Shown: positions 1 to 9,640 of the stretch, in pieces
How positions within the stretch are numbered: the first letter of the stretch is position 1
Layout: every line of letters begins with the position of its first letter
Source of the DNA: Candidatus Krumholzibacteriota bacterium
GTDB taxonomy: Bacteria > Krumholzibacteriota > Krumholzibacteriia > JAJRXK01
NCBI GenBank assembly: GCA_963727455.1
Contig: CAVSGG010000005.1
Coordinates: forward strand, 96,001 to 160,000
Reading direction: 5' to 3'
DNA: 64,000 nucleotides
Program-made: the position numbers and the translations under genes
The notes under the pieces: model-generated
Database searches by the model: none
What the model saw: the letters and a program-made list of their open reading frames with translations, nothing else
Told to the model about the DNA's origin: nothing

Positions 1-826
1 AGATGGGGGAAGCGCTCGAGGAAGTCCCGCCGATGAATTGACCTCCTTCGACGGCGACTTCCGCGTCTTCGTCCGTGCAGAGCGCGCGACCGCCCGCGGC
101 GGAGCCGCTGGAAGCGCCCCCGGTGAAGCTGCCACCGGTGACGGTCAGCGAACCTCCACTCAAAAAGAGCGCGTCGCCCCCCGTGCTGGGGCCTCGTCCC
201 CCCGCAAGAGTGCCTCCGGAGATCGTTCCCGTGCCGCCAGCGTACTTCAGGGCAACTCCACCCTTGCCGCTCGCCCCATCGCCGCCCTGGACCACGCCAC
301 CGCTCATTTGAAGGCTCCCCCATGCGTAGATTCCGAAGCAGCCATGGCGCAGGGTACCGCCCCCCACGATCGTCCCTCCCAGGATCCGGCAGACGTAGGC
401 GGAGCTTCCACCGACAAAGAAGAGGGCGCTGGAGGTGTAGGTACTCGTGGAGTAGGCGGCGCGGATCTCCGCTCCCTCGTGAACTTCGACCTGACAGTAG
501 GTGCTCGTCAGTCCTCCGGCTCCCAGCTCGCCGCCGGTGCCCTGAAGCAGGCCACCGCTGACCAGGATGGTCGATCCGCTAGCGCCGGTCACCGCAGTGC
601 CGTTGAGCAGGGGCTGCACCTCGGCTCCCGCCATGATCTCCAGCGTGGTTCCGCTCTCGACGAAGATCTGTTCCTGCGCATTGCCGTCGAGGAGGTGGGA
701 GCCGCCGTCGGCGTAGATCACCGCGTGCGCGGTCTTGGATTGAGCGAGGAGGCATGTGCCGAACACGAGTACGGTGATTAGAACGGAGTATGCGTGGGAA
801 TCGACTGCATGCGTTCGGCGGAACAT
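1..826 (-). CDS. Secreted Gly-rich repeat protein, probably beta-helix/adhesin-like; partial, runs off the window start
   Basis: Translated by hand (not in the ORF track). AGGAGG precedes ATG at 826. MFRRTHAVDSHAYSVLITVLVFGTCLLAQSKTAHA is a signal peptide, followed by repeated ISGGTLAGG / VTGGSFTGG / VEGGQFIGG units. The frame stays open to the window edge. Confidence 0.75.
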   Translation of the reverse strand, partial: MFRRTHAVDSHAYSVLITVLVFGTCLLAQSKTAHAVIYADGGSHLLDGNAQEQIFVESGTTLEIMAGAEVQPLLNGTAVTGASGSTILVSGGLLQGTGGELGAGGLTSTYCQVEVHEGAEIRAAYSTSTYTSSALFFVGGSSAYVCRILGGTIVGGGTLRHGCFGIYAWGSLQMSGGVVQGGDGASGKGGVALKYAGGTGTISGGTLAGGRGPSTGGDALFLSGGSLTVTGGSFTGGASSGSAAGGRALCTDEDAEVAVEGGQFIGGTSSSASPI

Positions 827-1074
827 CAGGAGCCTCCTAGCTTGCGTCAGCCAGTACGACCAAGCGCAGTGTAATCCGAGAGGAGAGAGGAGGGAAGCGC
901 CAAGGAATGGCAGAAACTGCTGGAAATCAAGAGCTCTGCCGCCTTAGACTTGAAGGGTCAGGAGAGCGGTCCCAAACTCGGCCCCGAATGGATCCTGCTG
1001 AACCGGGTCGCGCTCCGGCGCCGAATCAACGCCCTTGATTCCTGCCCATTACCAAAGCTAGCTGAGGAGCGTCC

Positions 1075-1578
1075 ATGAAGACTCTGCGATATGTTCTTCT
1101 ACCATTTATCATTCTTCTACTGTTCGCCGCACCGGCCCGGTCGCAGACGGTCGAATTTCCTTCCAGCTGGGAGGGAATCTGGGACTTCAACGTGACCGAG
1201 AAGGAATGCACCACGAGTGCCATTCTTGATAGTTATGCCGAGCGCGATACGTTCTGCGCGGGGTCAGCGATCAACGATCCAGGAGAAGTCTGTACCGGGT
1301 ATATCAACGACACCGGAATCGATGTCGTCTGCGGACAGACCGCGGAGCCCTTCCCTGACTGTGGCTTGACGATCACTGTTACCATTGAAGGATCGAGGAA
1401 CGGGAATTCGATCGCGGGTACGACCACCACGACTTTCGAATACACTCCGAACTGCGGACTTCCCGATACCTGTACGAAAGAGGAACTCCAGGGGACTTTC
1501 GTTTCGACCAATCCGGACCTCTGCCCAAGTGTGGCAGTGGGGGACAAGAGCTGGGGGGCCTGGAAAGCGCGTTATTGA
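1075..1578 (+). CDS. Secreted Cys-rich hypothetical protein with C-terminal SWGAWKARY motif
   Basis: GAGGAG RBS, signal peptide ending PARS-Q, multiple Cys, ends VAVGDKSWGAWKARY. Confidence 0.85.
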   Translation: MKTLRYVLLPFIILLLFAAPARSQTVEFPSSWEGIWDFNVTEKECTTSAILDSYAERDTFCAGSAINDPGEVCTGYINDTGIDVVCGQTAEPFPDCGLTITVTIEGSRNGNSIAGTTTTTFEYTPNCGLPDTCTKEELQGTFVSTNPDLCPSVAVGDKSWGAWKARY

Positions 1579-1757
1579 GGGCTTTTTAAGCCGCAGAATC
1601 GCATCTTCACGTCCTCTTCACTTGAAAATTCTGCCCAAAGGGTGTGTAATCAAAGTTGAACAGGCTCATTGGCCCCAGCCGGGAGGTTTCTCCGGGTCGC
1701 CGTTTGAGTCTGCTACCCTTCGTTTTTCTTCGAAGAGACAACATGGGAGCTGACACA

Positions 1758-2483
1758 ATGAAGCGTATGCTAACGATTTCCCTCTTCACCGCGATGGCCA
1801 TTCTGGCCATGGCGAGTCTCGCATTCGGGCAGACCTGCCAGGATCTCCATGACTCCGCGAACGGCTGTGGGCCGTCCTCCTTTGACACACAGACTGTCAC
1901 CGTGACAGGTGTCGTGTACGTGGAGAATGGGGTCTACAATGGTGGCTCCGTCTACATTCAGTGCCCCGGTGGCTCCGGCGGCATCACCATCTTTGACTAT
2001 GACCTGGCTGGCGTCGTCTCCAACGGCGATGAGATCTCCGTCACGGGAGTCGTGGACGACTACAACGGCGAGATCGAGATCATCGGCAATTATGGGGCGG
2101 ATCCGGCGTCAGTTACGATCAACAGCAACGGCAACCCCGTAGCTGCGACTGCCATCGGAACGGCAGATCTGGCTGACGGCACCAACCTTTTCGGAGACTA
2201 CTTGGAGGTCACCGGAACTCTGGCGCTGGTGAGCTCGGGCTTCAACTCCACCTACACGGTGGATGACGGCAGCGGTCCAGTGACGGTATATGTCGACGGT
2301 ACGACGGGCATCGACACCGCGGGCCACGTGGACAATTTCCTGGGCGACATCGTCACCGTCCGTGGCGCGTCGAAGTGCTACAACGGCTCGGGCGAACTCC
2401 TGCCGCGCAACGATGCCGACGTGATCCTGACCGCAGTTCCCGCTCCAAGCGTGAGCTGGGGTTCGATGAAGGCGCAGTACTAA
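1758..2483 (+). CDS. Secreted protein with tandem OB-fold-like domains and C-terminal SWGSMKAQY motif
   Basis: Signal peptide MKRMLTISLFTAMAILAMASLAFG. Two repeats of the type VTVTGVV...GDEISVTGVVDDYNGEIEI and GDIVTVRG...ELLPR, typical of extracellular OB domains. Confidence 0.85.
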   Translation: MKRMLTISLFTAMAILAMASLAFGQTCQDLHDSANGCGPSSFDTQTVTVTGVVYVENGVYNGGSVYIQCPGGSGGITIFDYDLAGVVSNGDEISVTGVVDDYNGEIEIIGNYGADPASVTINSNGNPVAATAIGTADLADGTNLFGDYLEVTGTLALVSSGFNSTYTVDDGSGPVTVYVDGTTGIDTAGHVDNFLGDIVTVRGASKCYNGSGELLPRNDADVILTAVPAPSVSWGSMKAQY

Positions 2484-2510
2484 TCGCCCTTCGCGAATCG
2501 CGAGCGAAGC

Positions 2511-2545
2511 AAGTCGGGGACGCCTATGGCGCCCCCGATTTTTTT
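2511..2545 (+). terminator. Rho-independent terminator
   Basis: Imperfect GTCGGGGACGCC/GGCGCCCCCGAT hairpin followed by a T run, just after the stop at 2483. Confidence 0.65.
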
Positions 2546-2579
2546 GGTGGTGTGCACCGAGCGAGTCACGAAGGCGAAC

Positions 2580-3020
2580 TCAGGGTCGTTGTGGCGTAAC
2601 GAGACTGTCCGCCTCGGCTGTTCCTGCCTGAATCGACTCGATCTTTTCCTCCAACCGCCTGCGGTCGGCGACTTGCTCGTCGATGGTTCCCTCGATGACC
2701 GTCGCCAGGCCGATCGAGCCCAGGAGCACTGATCCCAGCGTGGGGAAATCCTCTTCGCGGAGTTCGGCAATGAGCGGAGTGAGCATGCTTCCGATGAGCA
2801 GGAACGCTCCTACCAGGAGTTGGGTGTCCGCTTGGTGACGGGCCTCCGAGAAGCTGAGCTGATGGGCCTGTGCCACCGCGTGCAAGCGCGCGATCCGCGC
2901 CGCTTCCGAGCTGGGTAATGCCTCGTCGCTTGCTCCGAGAACGGGTTTGGGCAGACACTGCCACAATAGAAGCGCCAGGAGGGAGCAGGCTGCGAGTTTT
3001 CTCATTCGCGACATCTTCAC
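2580..3020 (-). CDS. Small membrane hypothetical protein
   Basis: N-terminal hydrophobic segment plus two further hydrophobic helices; fills the gap between two genes. Confidence 0.55.
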   Translation of the reverse strand: MKMSRMRKLAACSLLALLLWQCLPKPVLGASDEALPSSEAARIARLHAVAQAHQLSFSEARHQADTQLLVGAFLLIGSMLTPLIAELREEDFPTLGSVLLGSIGLATVIEGTIDEQVADRRRLEEKIESIQAGTAEADSLVTPQRP

Positions 3021-3161
3021 GACCTCGATGGTACTTGCGGCACAGTTCTAGGCATCACTTGACAGTAGGGGATCGCGAAGCCTTAATAAAGTGCGAAGTA
3101 CGCGTTGTCTTTGCCCCGAAATCCAGGGTTTTTCCCCTTCGCACCATCCAGGAGGCCAGGA

Positions 3162-4937
3162 ATGTCCCGCGTGGATCCACATTCGTACACTGACATCGAC
3201 CAGGGCCGTGTTCGTTCGATCGCGATCGATTGGGTTGTCGATTTTTCCGCGCGCCGGCTGCGCGGGGAGGTCACCCTGAATCTCGAGGGAACCAAGGGCG
3301 GCGTTCTCGATCTGGACACGCGCGAGCTGGAGATCGAGAGCGTGAGAGGCCCCAAAGGAGAGACACTGGGCTGGGAGCTGGGCGAACGCGAGTCCTTCAT
3401 GGGTCAATGCTTGCGCATTCAGCTCCCCGAAGGCAGTGATTCGGTCACCATAGCCTATCGGACCTCCCAGGAGGCCAGCGCCCTGCAGTGGCTGCAGCCG
3501 GCAAATACGGCAGGCAAAGTGCATCCGTACCTCTTTAGCCAGTGCCAACCGCACCACGCTCGCAGCATGCTGCCCCTGCAGGACAGCGCCAGCGTGCGCT
3601 TCAGCTATCAGGCGAAAGTCGACGTCCCGGAGGCCCTGGTGGCGGTCATGTCGGCCGCACCGGGCGAGAGCTCGCAGGGGGACAAGGGTCGCAAGGTCTA
3701 TCACTTCGAGATGCCGCAGCCGATTCCCGGGTATCTTCTGGCCCTTGCCGTCGGCAACCTCGCCAGCCGCGATCTGGGCCCGCGCTCGCGCGTCTATACC
3801 GAGCCCGAGATGCTCGACGCCGCGGCCTGGGAGTTTCAGAGTGTCGACTCCATGCTGCAGAAGGCCGAGGCGCTCTTCGGGCCCTATCGCTGGGAGCGCT
3901 ACGATTTTTTGGTGATGCCTCCAGCCTTTCCCTACGGGGGAATGGAGAACCCTCGCTTGACCTTCCTGACGCCCTCGCTACTGGCGGGTGATCGCAGTCT
4001 GGTGAACGTGCTGGCGCACGAACTGGCCCACTCCTGGACCGGCAATCTCATCACCAACGCCACCATGAACGACTTTTGGCTCAACGAGGGTTTCACGGTG
4101 TGGGCCGAGCGACGCATTCTGGAAGCGCTGGAAGGAGAGGAGGCGGTGTCCCTCTCGGCGGCGATCGGCCGGGCCGATCTGGATGAAGCGATCGAAGACT
4201 TCGGCAAGAACTCACCGTTGACGCGCCTCAAGAACGACTTGGCTGGAGTCGATCCCGACGAGATCTACAGCGTGGTGCCCTACGAAAAGGGCTGCCTCTT
4301 CGTGCAGTTACTCGAGCGCACGGTGGGACGAAAGAAGTGGGATTCCTTCATGCGCAAGTACATGGACCGCTTCGAATTCACCAGCATCACCACCGAGGAC
4401 TTCCTGGCCTTCCTGGAAGAGCAATTACCCGGGACGGCGGAAAGGTGAATGCGAAGCAGTGGATCTACGAGCCAAACGTGCCCGCCAACGAGCCTCCGTT
4501 TCAATCTCCGCGGCGCGAGGAGTTGCAGCGACTGGGTAAGGTCTTCACCAAGGGCGAGCGCCCCGATCCGACGAAGGCCAAGAAATGGCGGGTCGACGAG
4601 TGGCTGGTGTGGTTTGCGGCGCTGCCCACCAAGCTCTCCAAGGAAGATTGCGATTGGCTGGAAAAGAGCTTCTCTCTTCAACGAGAGTGGCAATGCCGAG
4701 ATCCTGAACAAGTGGCTAGCGATCGCCGCTAGCTCATCCTACGAACCCAGCTACGAAAAATTGCGCGATTTCCTGGGGACCTTTGGGCGCATGAAATATC
4801 TCAAGCCTCTGTACAAGGCCATGTACGAGAATCCGGATACGCGTGAACTCGCACTCTCGATCTACCAGCAACACAAGGATCTGTATCATCCCATCGCGCG
4901 CGCCGGGCTGGAGAGCATCCTGAAGCTGAACAAATAA
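3162..4937 (+). CDS. M1 family aminopeptidase (leukotriene A4 hydrolase-like); two apparent frameshifts near 4440 and 4680
   Basis: DPHSY start, GGMEN motif, HELAH-x18-E zinc motif. The C-terminal GRMKYLKPLY..YHPI domain is spread over ORFs 3105-4448, 4337-4732 and 4449-4937. Confidence 0.9.
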
Positions 4938-4985
4938 GTGACTGCACTGCGCGCGTAGAACTGCGAGGCGAGCGGGAGGAAACGA

Positions 4986-6359
4986 GTGAAGACCATCATC
5001 GAGCCGTTCAAGATCAAGTCGGTTGAACCCATCCGCATGACCACCAGGGAAGAAAGGGAGAAGATCCTGGCCGAGGCCGGCTGGAATCCTTTCTTGGTGC
5101 ATGCCGATGACGTCCTGATCGATTTGCTCACCGACAGCGGGACTTCCGCCATGAGCGCGAAACAGTGGGCCGGCGTGATGCAAGGAGATGAAGCATACGC
5201 CTGCAGTCGCTCCTTTTACCGTTTCGAGAAGACGGTGCAGGACATTATGGGATTCAAGTTCGTGATTCCCACCCACCAAGGGCGCGCGGCCGAGCGTATT
5301 CTCTTCAGCATTCTCTGCGACGAAAACTCGGTGGTGCCCAACAATACGCACTTCGATACCACGCGCGCGAACATCGAGTTTCGCGGGGCGAAGGCGATCG
5401 ACGTGGTCATCGACGAAGCGCACGTGCCCAGCGAGATGCATCCCTTCAAGGGCAACCTCGATCTCGAGAAGCTGCGGGGTGTCATTAAGAAGTACGGCAG
5501 GGAGCGTGTTCCCGCCGTGATGATCACGGTGACGAACAACTCCGGCGGAGGGCAGCCGGTGAGCATGGCCAACATCAAGGCGGTGCGCGAGGTCTGCGAC
5601 GAGTACAGTTTGCCGCTGTACTTCGACGCCTGTCGTTTTGCGGAGAACGCTTACTTCATCAAGTTGCGCGAAAAGGGCTATGCCGAAAAGTCGGTGAAGG
5701 AGATCGCCCAGGAGATGTTCTCCTACGCCGACGGTTGCACCATGAGCGCCAAGAAGGACGCGTTGGTGAACATCGGCGGCTTTCTCTGCACCAACGACGA
5801 CCTCCTGGCGCGCCAGGAACGCGATCTCTTGATTCTCACCGAGGGCTTTCCCACCTACGGTGGGCTGGCGGGGCGCGACCTGGAGGCGATGGCGCAGGGA
5901 CTGGAAGAGGTGCTCGAGGAGGACTATCTACAGTACCGCATTGCGAGCACGCGCTACCTGGGGGAACGCATCTCGGAGGCCGGAGTTCCCATCGTGCAGC
6001 CTCCGGGCGGTCACGCCATCTACATCGACGCCAAGGGTATGCTGCCGCACCTGGAGCCCCTGCAGTATCCCGGTCAAGCTTTAACTTGCGAACTGTATTT
6101 GGAGGGTGGTATCCGCGCGGTGGAAATCGGCTCGGTCATGTTCGCGTCCAAGGACGAGAAGACCGGCGAGGAGATTCCCGCGCCGATGGAGCTGGTGCGC
6201 CTGGCCATTCCGCGCCGGGTGTACACCCAAAGCCACATCGACTACGTGATCGAGGTCATTCTCGCCCTCAATGAGAGGCGCGATTCCATCCGCGGCATGC
6301 GCATCGTGGAGCAGGCGCCCTACCTGCGCCACTTCAGCGCCAAGTTCGAGTGGCTGTAA
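4986..6359 (+). CDS. tnaA: Tryptophanase (PLP-dependent beta-eliminating lyase)
   Basis: IDLLTDSGTSAMS, GDEAYA, SAKKD PLP-lysine motif. C-terminal LRHF carries His as in tryptophanase; tyrosine phenol-lyase has LRFF. Confidence 0.9.
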   Translation: MKTIIEPFKIKSVEPIRMTTREEREKILAEAGWNPFLVHADDVLIDLLTDSGTSAMSAKQWAGVMQGDEAYACSRSFYRFEKTVQDIMGFKFVIPTHQGRAAERILFSILCDENSVVPNNTHFDTTRANIEFRGAKAIDVVIDEAHVPSEMHPFKGNLDLEKLRGVIKKYGRERVPAVMITVTNNSGGGQPVSMANIKAVREVCDEYSLPLYFDACRFAENAYFIKLREKGYAEKSVKEIAQEMFSYADGCTMSAKKDALVNIGGFLCTNDDLLARQERDLLILTEGFPTYGGLAGRDLEAMAQGLEEVLEEDYLQYRIASTRYLGERISEAGVPIVQPPGGHAIYIDAKGMLPHLEPLQYPGQALTCELYLEGGIRAVEIGSVMFASKDEKTGEEIPAPMELVRLAIPRRVYTQSHIDYVIEVILALNERRDSIRGMRIVEQAPYLRHFSAKFEWL

Positions 6360-6380
6360 AGGAGCTTAGCGCGGGCCGAA

Positions 6381-6400
6381 GTATACCCGGGTAGACAATT
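6381..6400. repeat. Palindromic repeat copy 1, GTATACCCGGGTAGACAATT
   Basis: Near-identical to 7237-7256. Confidence 0.75.
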
Positions 6401-6455
6401 CGCGGGGAAACGATTCTGCAGTTTCCGTGCCCGGCGCGCGCGCTTCGCTCGAGAC

Positions 6456-7136
6456 CTAGTACCAGGACTTCAACATCCCCATCGTACTCTCGGGAACTGG
6501 GTCGGGGTAAAAGATCCCTACCTCCTTCCCGCCGTCCGCGATGGTCCACCGGTGGAGGCGCACATCGCTCGAGGAGCATACGAAGTAGCCAACAGTCCCC
6601 GAGATGAGATCGTTGGTGGTTAGCCGGACGAAGAAAAAGAATCCGGGTGAATTCGCGACAACGACATCGAAGCTGCCGAGCACGAACAAGCCAACTGAAG
6701 AGATACAATCCGGTGGTTCGACTTCAAACTTCACCTGTTGCGTTCCGTCAGGTCCAGTTACACCGGGACTGAATGCGTAGTTTGTACCCTCTGGAAAGTG
6801 AGGGACGATCAGGCTGTAGCCTGAGATCTCCAAGCCCAAGTTGAACCTCTCTACGTCCGCGGAGAGATCTTTGGCCACGACGTAGGCGGTGAAACCATCA
6901 CGACCGTAGTCGTCTTGCCAGTAGTATTCCTGGCCACAGTCTTGGCCCGGACCGCAGGGTGAAATGTAATTCGCGGTTCCTTCGGGATTGAGATAGATCC
7001 CGATCTCGCCCGAGGCAGGTTGAGCGCGCGCGGGAAGCGAGGTCGTGAGGGAGAAAGTGAGAATGAGGGAGAAAACGAGAACGACGGGAAGTGCAAGAAG
7101 GGCAAGGCGGCGCACTCGCGGGGAGGAAATGTCCAT
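6456..7136 (-). CDS. Secreted hypothetical protein with C-terminal TMGMLKSWY motif
   Basis: Hydrophobic signal ending PARA-Q, GEIGIYLNPEG start of the mature domain, ends DPVPESTMGMLKSWY. Confidence 0.8.
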   Translation of the reverse strand: MDISSPRVRRLALLALPVVLVFSLILTFSLTTSLPARAQPASGEIGIYLNPEGTANYISPCGPGQDCGQEYYWQDDYGRDGFTAYVVAKDLSADVERFNLGLEISGYSLIVPHFPEGTNYAFSPGVTGPDGTQQVKFEVEPPDCISSVGLFVLGSFDVVVANSPGFFFFVRLTTNDLISGTVGYFVCSSSDVRLHRWTIADGGKEVGIFYPDPVPESTMGMLKSWY

Positions 7137-7236
7137 GACAGGAACTCCTGCGCTGGAGTCTCAAAGGGAGCCTGCTCGAATCGAGTGTAGCACCACGCAC
7201 CCACCCGCTACCAGGCGAATGTACGCAAGCTGAGTT

Positions 7237-7349
7237 GTGTACCCGGGTAGACAATTGCGCGGGACACGCGCGACGCGCGCGCTCCCGGACAGGATTTATA
7301 GCCGGCTATAAAATTAGATTCGCTGGTTCTCGAGTCTACCCGGGTACAC
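7237..7349. repeat. Palindrome cluster: GTGTACCCGGGTAGAC (7237-7252), TTTATAGCCGGCTATAAA (7295-7312), GTCTACCCGGGTACAC (7334-7349)
   Basis: The outer 16-mers are exact reverse complements of each other; the central 18-mer is a perfect palindrome. Confidence 0.8.
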
Positions 7350-7586
7350 TCGCGAAGTTCCTCCGAACGCCCCTTCGATGTCCTGGGATGACGTGGACTG
7401 TCCCGGAATCGGGGCAACTGCCAGCTTCTGACCATCGAGTGCAATCGTTCACGAGCTTGCCTCAGGCTTCTCTCCCGCGCTGAGAGCAGATTTTAAGCCT
7501 GTTTCAAAGCTTGAAGCGCAGCTCGTAGCGTGCGGCATCCCTCATGCTAGCTCGCCACAGGATCGCCTCCGCAGGAGATCCTGCGC

Positions 7587-8213
7587 ATGTCTCGTGTCGT
7601 TGCTCTCGCCTGCCTTCTCGTGTTCTCGTGTTTGACCGCTTGTGGCAGGGAGCCCTCGAAAGAGCTGCTTGCCGCTCCCCCCGAGAGTGTCCGAAGCGCG
7701 ACGGATTCACTGATGGGCATGGATCCGGGGGAGACACTTCCCGCGGATCGCCGTAGGGCGCTCTCCGCGGATCCCGAGCTGGAGGAGTTCCTCTGGCGCG
7801 CGCAGTTTCTGTTGCGGCGGCTCTCTGTCCATCCGCCCACGCCCGAGGAGATGCAGCGAGCGGTGCGCGCGGGGCCAGCGGGCTTCGCCGATCTTGCGGG
7901 GATCTCACCTGCCGAACTCAGCGCGCGCATGGATACCTTGCGCTGGCAAGGGGTAGTTCTTTTGCAGCGTTACTCTGCGCTAGCGGCCTGCCTTGAAGAG
8001 GTCGAACGCGAGGAGGGGCCTCCCTCTGATCCGAGCGATGCAGTTGGATTGGTACAGGAGCTGAGATCGCAGGCCAAGAGACGCGGACAGCCGCGTCTGA
8101 ACCGCGAAGATCTGCCCTATGTCGCTTCCCTCATCCTGAGCGCCGCCACTGGTAATCCAGTTCTCTATTTCATTGGTTCGGCGCTGGCCACGTGCACTTG
8201 GAGACGCGGCTGA
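7587..8213 (+). CDS. Hypothetical lipoprotein
   Basis: AGGAG RBS, lipobox LTAC, hydrophobic C-terminal hairpin. Confidence 0.65.
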   Translation: MSRVVALACLLVFSCLTACGREPSKELLAAPPESVRSATDSLMGMDPGETLPADRRRALSADPELEEFLWRAQFLLRRLSVHPPTPEEMQRAVRAGPAGFADLAGISPAELSARMDTLRWQGVVLLQRYSALAACLEEVEREEGPPSDPSDAVGLVQELRSQAKRRGQPRLNREDLPYVASLILSAATGNPVLYFIGSALATCTWRRG

Positions 8214-8253
8214 GGCCACAAACCTCCGAGAAACTGGACTTGAAATTTCCTTC

Positions 8254-8284
8254 TTGACATAATCTATGGGGGGGGGGGTACATT
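8254..8284 (+). promoter_or_regulatory. Sigma70-like promoter with a G11 tract in the spacer
   Basis: TTGACA 8254-8259, G11 8268-8278, TACATT 8279-8284 (19-nt spacer). Confidence 0.55.
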
Positions 8285-8474
8285 GATCCTGTTTCACGGG
8301 GACTAAACCCGGCAATGAATTGGAATTTGCAGCGCGGCTCCTACCTTTGCGCTGCGGCTGCTTTGAGCAGCCCATGAATGATCAGAGTGGGACCAATGTC
8401 CACGGGCAGGAATAACCTCGTCACTGATTTTGCCTGCGCGCCGTACTCGGACCGTGAAACGACTGGAGATTGCA

Positions 8475-9629
8475 ATGCAAGCTGAGAGACTCCGCTTTCT
8501 CGTCATGCTCCTTCTTCTACTTTCCTCGAGTTCTGCCCTGGCTAACACCCTCACCGTGAGTAAGTGGGGAACCCCAGACTACCAGGTATTGCAGGAGGCG
8601 CTCGACGCCGCGGCACCTGGCGATACGATTCTGATCCAGGGTGGTACGTTCGCGGAGACCACGACACGCTACTGGGATAGCAGGAACCGGGAAGCAGTAG
8701 GATGGATCGATAAACCGCTCACGGTCATAGGCAGTGAGCAGGCCTGGCTGGATGGGCCGGATGGTACTGAGAACTATTGTCTCTTCACAAACCATGACTG
8801 TTCATTTCAAGGAATTCAGATCAAGGACGGTGGAGGATACGGCATTCTGATTTGGGCGGGCACGTCTAAAGTTCGGGATTGCAAACTTCAGGACCTCGGG
8901 GATGGAGTTTTCTGTGGAAATCCAGGGGCGCACGTGTCGGTTTCAGACAGTGAGTTCTATCGATGCTACTATTCGTGTATTGGCGTGACGATCAGCGCTA
9001 TCGCCGAGGCGGATAGTTGCTACTTCGAGGCCAGGACGGGTCCTGGTGCTGTAAGCAAGGCGTGCTATGTCTCATGGGATGGTAGCATCACTCTGTCCAA
9101 CTCGGAGTTCATCCGCTATGGGATGGTGGAGATCTATGGCCCGGGAATCGCCAATGTTACCGGGTGCACGGCACGCGACTTAAGAGTCTCCGCCCTTCTC
9201 GCTTGGAATGGAGGGGTGATCCATGCTTCCCAGTGTTCGTGTGCAGGCGGTGATTCACTTCCTGGGCCCAACGGAATGGAGGTTTCCAGCGGTGGTCGGA
9301 TCATCGCTGATAGCTGTAGGTTCGATGATATGACGTATGGAGCGGTGGGAAGCACTTCCGGATTTGTTGAGCTCCATGACTCTGAGATCACGAATTCGCG
9401 TCTGTACGCCGTGCTCTTGGATTCGTATACGTATGGGCCGAAAGTAACTCTCGATTTTACAGGCAACTGGTGGGGGACCACCGACTCCACCGCTATCGCA
9501 GCAAGTATCTATGATGGCCACGATGACCCTGTCAAAGACCCATTGGGTTTTGTTGAGTTCTGGCCGATACGGGATGTTCCCTTGCCGGCTCAGGAAGGCT
9601 CCTTCGGGAGACTGAAAGCACAGTACTGA
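8475..9629 (+). CDS. Secreted right-handed beta-helix (pectin-lyase-like) protein with C-terminal SFGRLKAQY motif
   Basis: Signal peptide, YQVLQEALDAAAPGDTILIQGGTF N-cap, beta-helix repeats, GNWWG motif. Confidence 0.85.
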   Translation: MQAERLRFLVMLLLLLSSSSALANTLTVSKWGTPDYQVLQEALDAAAPGDTILIQGGTFAETTTRYWDSRNREAVGWIDKPLTVIGSEQAWLDGPDGTENYCLFTNHDCSFQGIQIKDGGGYGILIWAGTSKVRDCKLQDLGDGVFCGNPGAHVSVSDSEFYRCYYSCIGVTISAIAEADSCYFEARTGPGAVSKACYVSWDGSITLSNSEFIRYGMVEIYGPGIANVTGCTARDLRVSALLAWNGGVIHASQCSCAGGDSLPGPNGMEVSSGGRIIADSCRFDDMTYGAVGSTSGFVELHDSEITNSRLYAVLLDSYTYGPKVTLDFTGNWWGTTDSTAIAASIYDGHDDPVKDPLGFVEFWPIRDVPLPAQEGSFGRLKAQY

Positions 9630-9640
9630 GGAGGTTTATC

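Noticed and set aside
38-781. 247-aa plus-strand ORF
   Set aside because: Antisense shadow of the minus-strand gene starting at 826, which has an RBS, a signal peptide and coherent repeats.
4986-6359. Tyrosine phenol-lyase
   Set aside because: SAKKD and LRHF fit tryptophanase better than SGKKD and LRFF.
6381-7349. CRISPR array or integron attC sites
   Set aside because: No regular repeat-spacer period, no cas or intI gene, and no clear RYYYAAC/GTTRRRY ends.
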